Shown here: one piece after another, positions 1 through 9,955 of the stretch
Layout: each line of letters begins with the position of its first letter
How positions within the stretch are numbered: the first letter of the stretch is position 1
From: a virus
Taxonomy: Duplodnaviria > Caudoviricetes
Strand: one strand, 5' to 3'
Virus record (IMG/VR): IMGVR_UViG_3300042549_007930
Location: 1-56,837 of that record
Length of the DNA stretch: 56,837 nt
The notes under the pieces: generated by a model
The model's database searches: none
The model's input: the letters and a program-made list of their open reading frames with translations, nothing else
What the model was told of the DNA's origin: nothing
Made by a program: the position numbers and the translations under genes

Positions 1-393
1 AAACAATGTTTTAAATTTATACCTGAGAAATATAAATCAGTAATAATCCATGATTGTGATGTTATAATAGATTCTGAAGTATTAAATAAACTTCAACATA
101 ATAGTTTAGCTATAACTAATTATAAATTAGATGGATTAAAATATGGTTTTATAGAGTTAGATCAAAATTTTAAATATTTAAAAGGTAATGAAAAGGAAAC
201 TGAAACCGGGCATATATCAATTGGAGCCTATTCAGTTGAAGGAAAATTATTTTTTGATTACTTAAAAACTGCTACTGAAGAAAGTTTATTAGCTTATTAT
301 AATCAGGCAGAATGTGTAAATGTAGTTTACTCTAAAAAACATACTAATTTAGGTGATATTAACTCTTATATGGATAATTTATGGTTATTGTAG
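1..393 (+). CDS. Sugar-phosphate nucleotidyltransferase (NTP_transferase-like), 5'-truncated by window edge
   Basis: Frame 1 open from base 1 to TAG at 391-393; HDCD, YGF, EK, SIGAY and LGD motifs; overlaps the start of the next gene. Confidence 0.6.
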   Translation, partial: KQCFKFIPEKYKSVIIHDCDVIIDSEVLNKLQHNSLAITNYKLDGLKYGFIELDQNFKYLKGNEKETETGHISIGAYSVEGKLFFDYLKTATEESLLAYYNQAECVNVVYSKKHTNLGDINSYMDNLWLL

Positions 394-1370
394 TAGACTT
401 TGATGGAACATTAGCGTTAGGAGATACAAGTAATATCCCAACAATGCATCCTAATCTTAAATTAATTACCCTTATTAATCAGATGTATAATGATGGTAAT
501 TATATAAAAATAGTAACAGCTCGAGGATGTAAATCTTGCTCCACTATTAAAGAAAGGGAAGACAAATATGGAAAAATTATAACTAATTGGTTAAACATTA
601 ATGGAGTAACCTATAATGAATTATCATTTAATAAAGAGTACGGAGATGCTTATATTGATGATAGAGGTTATAATATTAAAGATACAATCTATTATAACAA
701 ATTAGATTCTAAATTTACTAATAATAAAGTAAGACGAATTAATGATTGTGTAGTTAAGAAAAGTGACTCAACTATACAAGAAGTATCTTGGTATAATAAA
801 GCACTAGAAATAGGATTAGATATACCTTCAGTTTTAAGTTATGATAAGGATACTATAGCAACTAGTTTTATTGAAGGTTCTTCTTGTTATAATGTAGATT
901 TAATTCTTAATACTTTAAGAAAATTTAAAAATACTAAACCAACTAATAAAGTTAATTTTAATTCTTATATTGAAAGAATTGAAAATCATATCAAAAACAA
1001 TCCTTCAATAAAGTCTGGAAATAAATTAATTGATAAATTAAATTCAATTAACCCACCTAATACTTTCAATCATGGAGATTTCTCCACTCATAATCAAATT
1101 GAAAATGAGGGTAAATTATACCTAATAGATCCTATATATTCAGAAGATGTCTATCAATCCTATGTTATAGATGCTGCTAAACATTTATTTAGTGTTTTAT
1201 ATTATAATTTAGATGCTGACTTCTATAATATATGTTATAATGAGTATATAACTAAACTTGATATTAAAGAAGAAGAATTAAATATCTTAATAGCAAGTGA
1301 ATCAATCAGAGTATCTAATAGAAAAAAACAACTAATTGATGTTACTAATAATTTAATAGACATTTTATGA
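381..1370 (+). CDS. HAD-family phosphatase fused to an APH/choline-kinase-like domain
   Basis: N-terminal DFDGT, TARG, YIDD; C-terminal HGDF..N and LIDP kinase motifs. Confidence 0.75.
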   Translation: MVIVVDFDGTLALGDTSNIPTMHPNLKLITLINQMYNDGNYIKIVTARGCKSCSTIKEREDKYGKIITNWLNINGVTYNELSFNKEYGDAYIDDRGYNIKDTIYYNKLDSKFTNNKVRRINDCVVKKSDSTIQEVSWYNKALEIGLDIPSVLSYDKDTIATSFIEGSSCYNVDLILNTLRKFKNTKPTNKVNFNSYIERIENHIKNNPSIKSGNKLIDKLNSINPPNTFNHGDFSTHNQIENEGKLYLIDPIYSEDVYQSYVIDAAKHLFSVLYYNLDADFYNICYNEYITKLDIKEEELNILIASESIRVSNRKKQLIDVTNNLIDIL

Positions 1371-2440
1371 AAATAATAGATGTAAATATACCTGATTTAA
1401 CTCACCCTCATAGACATTATTGTTTCTTTTTAGAGGATACTTTAATACAGCATAAAGATCCTATTATAGAAAAGGGTATAGGGCAAGGATGGATGAAATT
1501 AATTCATAATAATGTTGAATTAGATTTAGATCAAAAAGATTATGGTAAAATGGGACATAAAACTTTACCTATTATAAATCATAATATTGATATGATACAT
1601 GATGAGATCATAACTGAAGATTTATTTTTACTTTATGACCCAGCTGGATTAAATTATGCTCATTTCTTTTTTGATTTGTTTGGAAAGGTACTTTATTATG
1701 ATGAATTAATAAAAAATAATCCTAATATAGTTTTAGGTATCCCAGAAGATTTTTATCAAACTGAGGGTAATAATACTTTTATAAAACAATGGTTAGATTT
1801 ATATTATGAGGGTAAAGATATAAAAATAATTGTATTAAAAAAAGATATTAAGTACTTGGTATCTAAATTAATTATACCTAATATATTGTATGGTTTCCCT
1901 GAGGGTAATGGAGACAATTATATAATAGATAAAATAATAGAAACTGTAACTAAAGTACCATCATTAACACCTGTTAAAAATGGATGTTACATTTCAAGGC
2001 AAGACACTATTAAAAGAGGATGGTACCATAAAAGAGATTTAGTTAATGAATTAGAATTTATTGATAAGGTAAAAACTGAACTTGACTATGATATAATTGA
2101 ATTAATGGATTATGATTTAAAAGGAAAAATACAAATATTTAAATCATACAAAAATATAATTCAACAAAACAGTGCTTCTAATATTAATATATTATTTTCA
2201 GATAAAAATAACACTAATATAATTTTAACTAATCCTAGAATGGGTGAATGGTTAAATTACAAATTATCACAATTTTCAAATAAATCTAAAACTAATTTAA
2301 TAGTATTAAATGGTGTGGGTAGTTATTTAACTGAAGAATTAGATCCTAATCAAGTTGATAAAGGAAATTATCCATGGGAACTAGATAATATAGATGGTAT
2401 TATAGAGGTATTAAAACAAATTGATAAAGGAGAAATATAA
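1367..2440 (+). CDS. Glycosyltransferase family 61-like protein
   Basis: NYAHFFFD, YISR, R.LVNE motifs. Confidence 0.7.
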   Translation: MKIIDVNIPDLTHPHRHYCFFLEDTLIQHKDPIIEKGIGQGWMKLIHNNVELDLDQKDYGKMGHKTLPIINHNIDMIHDEIITEDLFLLYDPAGLNYAHFFFDLFGKVLYYDELIKNNPNIVLGIPEDFYQTEGNNTFIKQWLDLYYEGKDIKIIVLKKDIKYLVSKLIIPNILYGFPEGNGDNYIIDKIIETVTKVPSLTPVKNGCYISRQDTIKRGWYHKRDLVNELEFIDKVKTELDYDIIELMDYDLKGKIQIFKSYKNIIQQNSASNINILFSDKNNTNIILTNPRMGEWLNYKLSQFSNKSKTNLIVLNGVGSYLTEELDPNQVDKGNYPWELDNIDGIIEVLKQIDKGEI

Positions 2441-2451
2441 GATATTTTATT

Positions 2452-3594
2452 ATGATATTATTATTAAATACTATTTTTACAGAAGAATCACCTACCCCAC
2501 CTTATCCTAATGTTAATTTACAAAGAGTTTATTACAAATATGATAGAGGTAATTTACAAGACTATGATCAAATAGATATTTTTAAATACTCTTTATCAAG
2601 TTTATCAGTAGCTTATCCTTGGAGTAAAGTTATATTAAAAATAACTTTAGAAGGTAAATATAAAGACAGAAAACAAGAATTAGAAAATTACATTAAAAAT
2701 GAATTTAAAAATTTTAATCTAATTCTAGAATGGGAGAGAAATGGATACCAGCAAGACTGGATAGAAACTTATAAAATTTTAGATGATGATCTAATATGGT
2801 TCTGCTGTAATCATGATCATATTTTTATAGATTCAGATACTGAGCATTTAAAAAATTTAATTGAATGTATTAAAAAAGATAGTAATTATCCTTTAGTTAC
2901 AAGTGGTTTTTCACATTTTCCTGAATGTATTAGAATGGCTAAATCTGGTTTACATTTAGCCCCTAAAGATCCTACATCATATAAAATTGAAGATAGATGT
3001 ATAACTCTAGATTCAACAGTACATGATAGTATACAAATAATAACTAAACAGGTATATTATGAATGGTGGTGTAAACATGATCTTAAAGGAGGATACTTTC
3101 CACGACCTGACTCACATTGGACAATCTCTATAGGATGGGTAATACCAGTTCCTCAAATACGATTTTTTATCCCATTTAAAGAGTTAGTTAGACATTTTGA
3201 TGGATATGGTCACTCTCAAATTTCAAATTATAATTGCCCCGCTTTAGATATTCCTCCTGGATTTTTTGAAAATGATATGAAAATAAGATATGGGTATGAT
3301 GATTATAAAGAAGGTTGGATTAATATAAATCCAAAAAATGAAAATTATTATGCTCATGATAAATCAGGAACTGACTATAAATTTGAAATAGATAGTTTAC
3401 CTTTATTCTGGAAAGATAGAATATCAATTACAGATATTAATCCTAATATTGATAAAGAAGAAATGATACAATATTATTTAAAATCTATACTTGATATAAT
3501 TTATACTTCAAATGAGTGGGAGATAGATGAAGAAGTAGAAAATAAAATAATTAATGAGTATTTAAAATCATACTCTTATGAGCTTTTAAATTAA
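2452..3594 (+). CDS. Putative glycosyltransferase-like protein (GT-A fold)
   Basis: NHDH (DxD-like) after a hydrophobic strand, RHFDGY; sits in the sugar island. Confidence 0.45.
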   Translation: MILLLNTIFTEESPTPPYPNVNLQRVYYKYDRGNLQDYDQIDIFKYSLSSLSVAYPWSKVILKITLEGKYKDRKQELENYIKNEFKNFNLILEWERNGYQQDWIETYKILDDDLIWFCCNHDHIFIDSDTEHLKNLIECIKKDSNYPLVTSGFSHFPECIRMAKSGLHLAPKDPTSYKIEDRCITLDSTVHDSIQIITKQVYYEWWCKHDLKGGYFPRPDSHWTISIGWVIPVPQIRFFIPFKELVRHFDGYGHSQISNYNCPALDIPPGFFENDMKIRYGYDDYKEGWININPKNENYYAHDKSGTDYKFEIDSLPLFWKDRISITDINPNIDKEEMIQYYLKSILDIIYTSNEWEIDEEVENKIINEYLKSYSYELLN

Positions 3595-3652
3595 TTTATA
3601 AGATATTTGGATACTCAAATTTCTTTTATTACATTAAATAAAAATTAGTTAC

Positions 3653-4963
3653 ATGGATAATATTTTAAGTTTAGTACAGGAGTACATTACAAAAAAAGAC
3701 AGTGAAAAGAAATGGGTCGCAGGAGAGGACTTAGTCCAATATGCTGGACCTTACTTTGATGGTCAAGAAGCTCAAGCGGTTGTTAAAACTATGCTTGAGG
3801 GTTGGTTAGTATTAGGAAAAGAAGGAGCAATGTTTGAAAGACGCTTCCCTAAAAAATTAGGACACAAGACAGGAGTTATTGTTAATAGTGGTTCAAGTGC
3901 TAACTTATTAATGATGTTAGCTTTAACATCTAAAAGAGGAATGAATTTACCTAAGGGTACAAAAGTAATTACTCCAATAGCTGGATTCCCAGCAACACTT
4001 AGTCCTGCTATCCAAGTAGGCTTTACACCTATATTTGTTGATATTGAATTAGAATCTTTAAATTTAGATTTAGATCAAGTAGAACAAGCATGTATTGATC
4101 ATCCAGATGCTAAAATCATTACATTTGCACATGTATTAGGTAATCCACCTAACATGGATCGATTAATGGAAATTATAAATAAATATGACTTAATTTTATT
4201 AGAAGACTGTTGTGACGCGTTAGGAACAACTTATGATGGTAAAATGTTAGGTTCATTTGGTAAAATGGCTTCATGTTCATTCTATCCAGCACATCATATT
4301 ACAATGGGTGAAGGAGGATTTGTAGCATGTAGTGATCCTCAATTGGAAAAAATCTTAAGAAGTTTTAGAGACTGGGGTAGAGGATGTTACTGTCAAGGTA
4401 AAGCAAATGCTTTAGAATGTGGTTCATGTGGAATTAGATTTAGTAACTGGTTACCAAGTTTACCTAATGAGATATTTGATCACAAATACACTTACGAAGA
4501 GATTGGTTACAATTTGAAACCAACTGAGTTACAAGCAGCAATGGGTAATATTCAGTTAGGTAAATTAGAAGAAATTGGAGTACTAAGAAGAAGAAACCAT
4601 AAAGCAATTGTTGACATCTTTAAAAAATATGAAGATAAATTTATATTACCTAAAGCAACAGATAAATCAGACCCAGATTGGTTTGCAGTTGCATTAACAG
4701 TTAGAGATGGAATGGATTTCACAAGAGCTGAATTTTGTCAGTACTTAGAAAAAAATAAGATTCAAACAAGACCTTATTTCGCAGGTAACATTATGTTGCA
4801 ACCAGGATACTCTCACTTAATTGATTCAAAAGAAGTAATTGAAAAATATCCAGTATCAAGAAAAGTAACAACTGATACATTTTTCTTAGGATGTTCACCT
4901 GTAATTACCTTAGAACAAATTGATTATATAGAAACAATTGTAGATAAATTCTTTAATAATTAA
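3653..4963 (+). CDS. rfbH: CDP-4-keto-6-deoxyglucose 3-dehydratase (E1, RfbH/DdhC)
   Basis: NSGSSANL, EDCCDALG, SFYPAHHITMGEGG (His at the PLP-Lys position), RDWGRGCYC Fe-S motif. Confidence 0.92.
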   Translation: MDNILSLVQEYITKKDSEKKWVAGEDLVQYAGPYFDGQEAQAVVKTMLEGWLVLGKEGAMFERRFPKKLGHKTGVIVNSGSSANLLMMLALTSKRGMNLPKGTKVITPIAGFPATLSPAIQVGFTPIFVDIELESLNLDLDQVEQACIDHPDAKIITFAHVLGNPPNMDRLMEIINKYDLILLEDCCDALGTTYDGKMLGSFGKMASCSFYPAHHITMGEGGFVACSDPQLEKILRSFRDWGRGCYCQGKANALECGSCGIRFSNWLPSLPNEIFDHKYTYEEIGYNLKPTELQAAMGNIQLGKLEEIGVLRRRNHKAIVDIFKKYEDKFILPKATDKSDPDWFAVALTVRDGMDFTRAEFCQYLEKNKIQTRPYFAGNIMLQPGYSHLIDSKEVIEKYPVSRKVTTDTFFLGCSPVITLEQIDYIETIVDKFFNN

Positions 4964-4964
4964 T

Positions 4965-5897
4965 ATGGGCGATAAAAAAATAGGATGTTTTTTCCTTCAA
5001 ATTAGTAATGAGGAATATGATAATTATCAAAAAGATGATTTTTTAGCTCCTAATGCTATAAATAGTTTTAAAAAATGGCATCCCGAAGTTGATATACATC
5101 ATATCACTAATGATAATTTTGAATCATATTTAAAAGATTTAAATATAACTGATTATTATGATAATTTAGGTTTAGTTAGAATTCACCTTATTAGAGAATT
5201 AATAAGACAGAAAAAATATGATAAAATTATAATGTTGGGTGTAGATACCTTTACATGTTCATATTTAGATGAATTTATAAACAATGATACTGATGACTTA
5301 ATATGCTCATCTGGTCCTCCATATTTGTTTATAAAAACAGATTATTGGGCTCCTAAAAGTGTTCAATTTGAGCATAATGGTTTTATTTACAATGATGTAG
5401 ATTTTATTAATGCTGATGTAGTTTGTTTTAATAATTTATATGCAGCTGAAATGTTATATGACAAATCTATTGAATTTTGGACTGGCCATGCTGAACAGGG
5501 AGGTATGAATTACTTATATCAAAATCAAGACCAATTAAATATTAAAGTCAGTATTGTAGATTTTCCTTATAATAAAGCCAACTCATTATATAATGTTAGG
5601 TCTAAAGGAAGTGCTTGTGGTGGTGATCAAATGCGTCAAGGAAAATTATATAGTGGTAACTATAAAGATCCAAATAGTAGAGTTATAGGTGATGTTTATC
5701 CTACCTCAACTTACCAGGTAAGAGATAATAAATTATTTACTCCTGATAATAAACAAATAAAAGTATTTCATTACGCTGAAGCTTTAGGAGTTAAAACTAA
5801 AGAGGAATATAATGAGGCTATATATGAGATGAAAAATATATGGTTTAATAAAGAAACAAAAAAATTCTTAATAGAAGAATGTGATATGAATTTTTAA
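4965..5897 (+). CDS. Putative glycosyltransferase-like protein
   Basis: SFKKWHP, IMLGVDT, INADVV and EQGGMN resemble GT8/GT-A motifs; context. Confidence 0.45.
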   Translation: MGDKKIGCFFLQISNEEYDNYQKDDFLAPNAINSFKKWHPEVDIHHITNDNFESYLKDLNITDYYDNLGLVRIHLIRELIRQKKYDKIIMLGVDTFTCSYLDEFINNDTDDLICSSGPPYLFIKTDYWAPKSVQFEHNGFIYNDVDFINADVVCFNNLYAAEMLYDKSIEFWTGHAEQGGMNYLYQNQDQLNIKVSIVDFPYNKANSLYNVRSKGSACGGDQMRQGKLYSGNYKDPNSRVIGDVYPTSTYQVRDNKLFTPDNKQIKVFHYAEALGVKTKEEYNEAIYEMKNIWFNKETKKFLIEECDMNF

Positions 5898-5898
5898 T

Positions 5899-6855
5899 AT
5901 GAAAAAAGTAGTATACGTAACAGGTTGCTTAGGGTTTATAGGATCTTATGTAACAAGAGAATGCTTAAAAAAAGGATGGTATGTTAAAGGAGTTGACAAA
6001 ATGACTTACGCTGCCAATAAAGAATTACTACATCAGTTTAGAGAATATGATAATTTCTCATTTGTAGATTGTGATATAAACGACTTAAAATTTTTATATG
6101 ATTGTGATTATATAATTAATACTGCCGCTGAGACTCACGTTGGTAATTCCATAGTTAACAGTGATGAATTTGTATCTTCAAATATAAATGGGGTACATAA
6201 CTTACTTGAGTTAATAAAAAACCATAGAGGAGAAAATACATCTAAACCTATTTTACTTCATTTCAGTACAGATGAAGTATATGGAGATATTGAAGAAGGA
6301 GAACATATTGAAACAGATTTACTTAAACCTTCTAATCCATACTCAGCTACTAAAGCAGCAGCTGATATGTTAATAACAGCTTGGGGTAGAACTTATAATT
6401 TACCTTATATCATAATAAGACCCACAAACAATTATGGTGTAGGTCAATATGTTGAAAAATTAATCCCTAAATCACTTAAGTATTTAAAATTAGGTAAAAA
6501 AATACCTTTACATAATAATGGTACTCCAATTAGAAATTGGCTACATGCTCAAGACACAGCTAACGCTGTTATTAAAATAATTGAATCGGGAGTACAAAAT
6601 GAAATTTATAACATTTGTGGAGGGTTTGAACAGAGTAATTTGGATACTGTAAAAAAATTACTTACATTATATAATAATGATCAAGTTTATATTTTAGAGG
6701 ATTTTATAGACTTCTCATGTAATAGACAAGGTCAAGATGTTAGATATGCTTTAAATGATGATAAATTAAGAGCATTAGGATGGAAACCTGAAATGAATTT
6801 TGAAATAGAATTAAAATCAATAGTAGAATATTATAAAAATAAATTTATATGGTAA
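5899..6855 (+). CDS. rfbB: dTDP-glucose 4,6-dehydratase (RmlB-like)
   Basis: TGCLGFIG, DKMTYAA, AAETHV, STDEVYG, PYSATKAAAD, NNYG, GQDVRY. Confidence 0.9.
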   Translation: MKKVVYVTGCLGFIGSYVTRECLKKGWYVKGVDKMTYAANKELLHQFREYDNFSFVDCDINDLKFLYDCDYIINTAAETHVGNSIVNSDEFVSSNINGVHNLLELIKNHRGENTSKPILLHFSTDEVYGDIEEGEHIETDLLKPSNPYSATKAAADMLITAWGRTYNLPYIIIRPTNNYGVGQYVEKLIPKSLKYLKLGKKIPLHNNGTPIRNWLHAQDTANAVIKIIESGVQNEIYNICGGFEQSNLDTVKKLLTLYNNDQVYILEDFIDFSCNRQGQDVRYALNDDKLRALGWKPEMNFEIELKSIVEYYKNKFIW

Positions 6856-7514
6856 AAACATTAGACGAGTTAGCGATACAGTACGAAACAGATAAAGCTA
6901 CAATTTATCCTAGATCTAGTGTTCATGGGTATGCTCCAATCTATGATAAATTATTAACTCCTTTAAGAGATAAGCCTATAAAAATGTTAGAGGTAGGAGT
7001 GTGTATGGAGGGATCAGAAGGAGGTCATTCAATATTAATGTGGAATGATTATTTTACTAAAGCTCATATTCATACTTTTGATATTGTTGATATGTCTTCA
7101 AAATTATGTATAACTGAAAATGATAATGTTTTCTTTTATCAAGGGGATCAAAGTAATAGAGAACATATGAAAAATATGTACCAGGAATATGGTAGCACTG
7201 AATTTGATTTTATTTTAGAAGACGGTTCACATGAACATAACCATCAAATGATCTCTTTAGGTTATTTATTTAAATATGTTAAGTCAGGAGGATATTACAT
7301 ATTAGAAGATATGTCAATACCAGAACAAGTAGTATGTTGTATACGAAATGATGAGACTTATAAAATACTTCAACAGTTTAAAGAAACAGGTAAAATTGTT
7401 TCTGAACATTTATTATCTGAAGAAATAGACTATTTGGAAAAAAATATTAAAAGTATAGAAATACATCATGATATTCAAAACGCTTACGCAGTTGCAATTA
7501 TAACTAAAAAATAA
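6849..7514 (+). CDS. Class I SAM-dependent (sugar O-)methyltransferase
   Basis: TDK...HGY, LEVGV, GDQS, ILEDGSH, GGYYILED. Confidence 0.8.
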   Translation: MVKTLDELAIQYETDKATIYPRSSVHGYAPIYDKLLTPLRDKPIKMLEVGVCMEGSEGGHSILMWNDYFTKAHIHTFDIVDMSSKLCITENDNVFFYQGDQSNREHMKNMYQEYGSTEFDFILEDGSHEHNHQMISLGYLFKYVKSGGYYILEDMSIPEQVVCCIRNDETYKILQQFKETGKIVSEHLLSEEIDYLEKNIKSIEIHHDIQNAYAVAIITKK

Positions 7515-7519
7515 TAAAC

Positions 7520-8317
7520 ATGAATACAAGAGAATCAAAATGTGTAAAAATCCTAACAGACCTTGTTGAAAATGAGGGGCTAGTAGGTATTAAAACTAGT
7601 TTCGAAGATGAAGGTGCTACCTTTAATGAAACAGTTAGACTTAAACAAGTATGTAATGAGGCTAAAGTCAAAATTACACTTAAAATAGGAGGGCCAGAAG
7701 CAATTAGAGATTTAAAAGACTCTACTATTATTGGAGTAAAAGGAATTGTTGCTCCTATGGTTGAATCAGAATTTGGTCTAGTAAAATTCTTACAAGCTAC
7801 TAAAACTCATATATCAGAAGATACTTTAAGTTCATTGCAATTGAATGTAAATCTAGAAACAATCACCGCTATGAATAACTCTGATAAAATATTATCCATT
7901 CCTGAAGTACAGGATTTATATGGAGTGACTGTAGGTAGAGTTGATTTAGTATCATCAATGGGTAAGGATAGATCTTATGTTAATAGTGAAGAGGTTTATA
8001 AATTAGCTAAACAAGTATTTACTAAAGCAAAATCTAAAGGACTTAAAGCTTGCTTAGGTGGAGCAGTATCTATTGAGTCATTAGACTTCCTTAAAAAATT
8101 ACACTCAGAAGGATTACTTGATAAATTTGAAACTAGATATTGTATTTTTGATCCATCAATATCATTAAAGAATTTATCTAGAGCATTAGCTAAAGCTCAA
8201 ATGTTTGAATACGAGTGGATGACTAGTAAACATGAATATTATACAGCTTTATCAAATCAAGATATTAAACGAATCAAAATGATTCAAGATCGTATCAACC
8301 AATCTTCTACATTTTAA
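7520..8317 (+). CDS. HpcH/HpaI aldolase / citrate-lyase-family protein
   Basis: FEDEG, LKIGGPEAIRD, APMVES, NLET, VGRVDL. Confidence 0.75.
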   Translation: MNTRESKCVKILTDLVENEGLVGIKTSFEDEGATFNETVRLKQVCNEAKVKITLKIGGPEAIRDLKDSTIIGVKGIVAPMVESEFGLVKFLQATKTHISEDTLSSLQLNVNLETITAMNNSDKILSIPEVQDLYGVTVGRVDLVSSMGKDRSYVNSEEVYKLAKQVFTKAKSKGLKACLGGAVSIESLDFLKKLHSEGLLDKFETRYCIFDPSISLKNLSRALAKAQMFEYEWMTSKHEYYTALSNQDIKRIKMIQDRINQSSTF

Positions 8318-8318
8318 T

Positions 8319-8954
8319 ATGAAGGTACTAGTTACAGGAGGTTCTAGAGGTATAGGTAAAGCAATTGTGACTCTATTTAAAGAAAAAGGTCATGATGTGT
8401 ATTCTCCATCAAGAGAAGAATTAGACCTAACAAAGGACTTTACACTAGTAAAAACTAATTTTGATATTATTATTAATAATGCTGGGGTAAATCCTCTAAA
8501 ACATATTGAAGAAATAAATGATAATGAGGTGATGAAGGTAAATTACCAGTCACCTCTTTCAATTATTCAACAATGTCTTCCTTATATGCTAAATAAAGGT
8601 TATGGAAGAATATTAAACATAGGGAGTATTTGGATAGAATTAGCTAAACCTAAAAGATTAGCTTATAGTGCTAGTAAAAATGCTATACATGCCCTAACAA
8701 AATCAATTGTAGCTGAATATGGAGACCAAGGTATAATAGCTAATACTGTATCACCTGGATTCATAGGGACTGATTTAACCTATCAAAACAACTCAGAATT
8801 AGAGATACAAAACCTTACAAACCAAATACCTCTAAAAAGATTAGGCACACCAGAAGAAGTAGCGAAACTAGTTTACCAACTTACAATAGAAAATAATTTT
8901 ATAGCAGGACAAAATATAATAATAGACGGAGGATATTCATGTACAATACTATAA
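8319..8954 (+). CDS. Short-chain dehydrogenase/reductase
   Basis: TGGSRGIG, NNAG, YSASK, PGFIGT, IDGG. Confidence 0.92.
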   Translation: MKVLVTGGSRGIGKAIVTLFKEKGHDVYSPSREELDLTKDFTLVKTNFDIIINNAGVNPLKHIEEINDNEVMKVNYQSPLSIIQQCLPYMLNKGYGRILNIGSIWIELAKPKRLAYSASKNAIHALTKSIVAEYGDQGIIANTVSPGFIGTDLTYQNNSELEIQNLTNQIPLKRLGTPEEVAKLVYQLTIENNFIAGQNIIIDGGYSCTIL

Positions 8955-9955
8955 AAATACAATCAAAAATTAATAACTACAATATCCAGTTTGTAGATAC
9001 TCTTAATAACATACAATCCCTTATTGACCAACCTCATACTATTACTTTTATAGATAGTAATGTTTCTAAATTATATCCTGAATTATATAGGGAAGCAAAT
9101 ATTAGTGTAGAATGTAATGAAAATGCTAAGACCTTAGAAGGCACATATAATATTTTTGATACTTTAATTGAACAAAAAGCTAATATACAAACTAAATTAG
9201 TAGTAATAGGAGGAGGTATTTTACAAGATCTAATTGGATTTTGTGCTTCAACATACTGTAGAGGTATTCAATATGATTTAGTTCCAACAACTTTATTATC
9301 TCAAGCTGATAGTTGTTTAGGAGGAAAAACTTCTATAAATGTTAAAGGTAAGAAAAATATTTTAGGAACATTTTACCCACCCAACAACATTTATATTTGT
9401 ACTGAGTTTTTAAAAACTTTATCTACATTAGATTATTGTAGTGGGTTAGGTGAAGTATATAAATTTCATATACTGGAAAATAAAATTGATCAATTTAACA
9501 TTGATGGAGATATAAATAATATGATATATAAAGGATTATTATTTAAAGGAGATATACTTTCTAGAGATGAATTTGATAAAGGAGAACGTAAGTATTTAAA
9601 TTTTGGACATACATTTGGACACGCTTTAGAAACCACATCACAAAATAATCTCCCTCATGGTATAGCTGTCATTTTAGGAAGTATAATTGCAAGTCGAATT
9701 GCTAATAAGCTAAAATATAAAGTACCTAATTATGATTTATTACTATTAAAAGGAAAAGAATTAATAAATAGGTCTAATATAAAATTAGAACAGTCTTGGT
9801 TTGATTTAGATAGTCTATTAGAGATAGTAAAATCAGATAAAAAGAGTACAGGAAAATTAACAATGGTCTTATCTACAGATCATAACTTTCTTCAAGATAT
9901 AGAAGATATAAAAATTATAAAACAAGCTTTACAAGAAACATATGAGAGTATCTGA
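8939..9955 (+). CDS. 3-dehydroquinate synthase-family (sugar-phosphate cyclase-like) protein
   Basis: GGGILQD, RG, PTTLLSQADSCLGGK, KN..GTF, LNFGHTFGHALE, HGIAV, DKK. Confidence 0.85.
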   Translation: MYNTIKIQSKINNYNIQFVDTLNNIQSLIDQPHTITFIDSNVSKLYPELYREANISVECNENAKTLEGTYNIFDTLIEQKANIQTKLVVIGGGILQDLIGFCASTYCRGIQYDLVPTTLLSQADSCLGGKTSINVKGKKNILGTFYPPNNIYICTEFLKTLSTLDYCSGLGEVYKFHILENKIDQFNIDGDINNMIYKGLLFKGDILSRDEFDKGERKYLNFGHTFGHALETTSQNNLPHGIAVILGSIIASRIANKLKYKVPNYDLLLLKGKELINRSNIKLEQSWFDLDSLLEIVKSDKKSTGKLTMVLSTDHNFLQDIEDIKIIKQALQETYESI

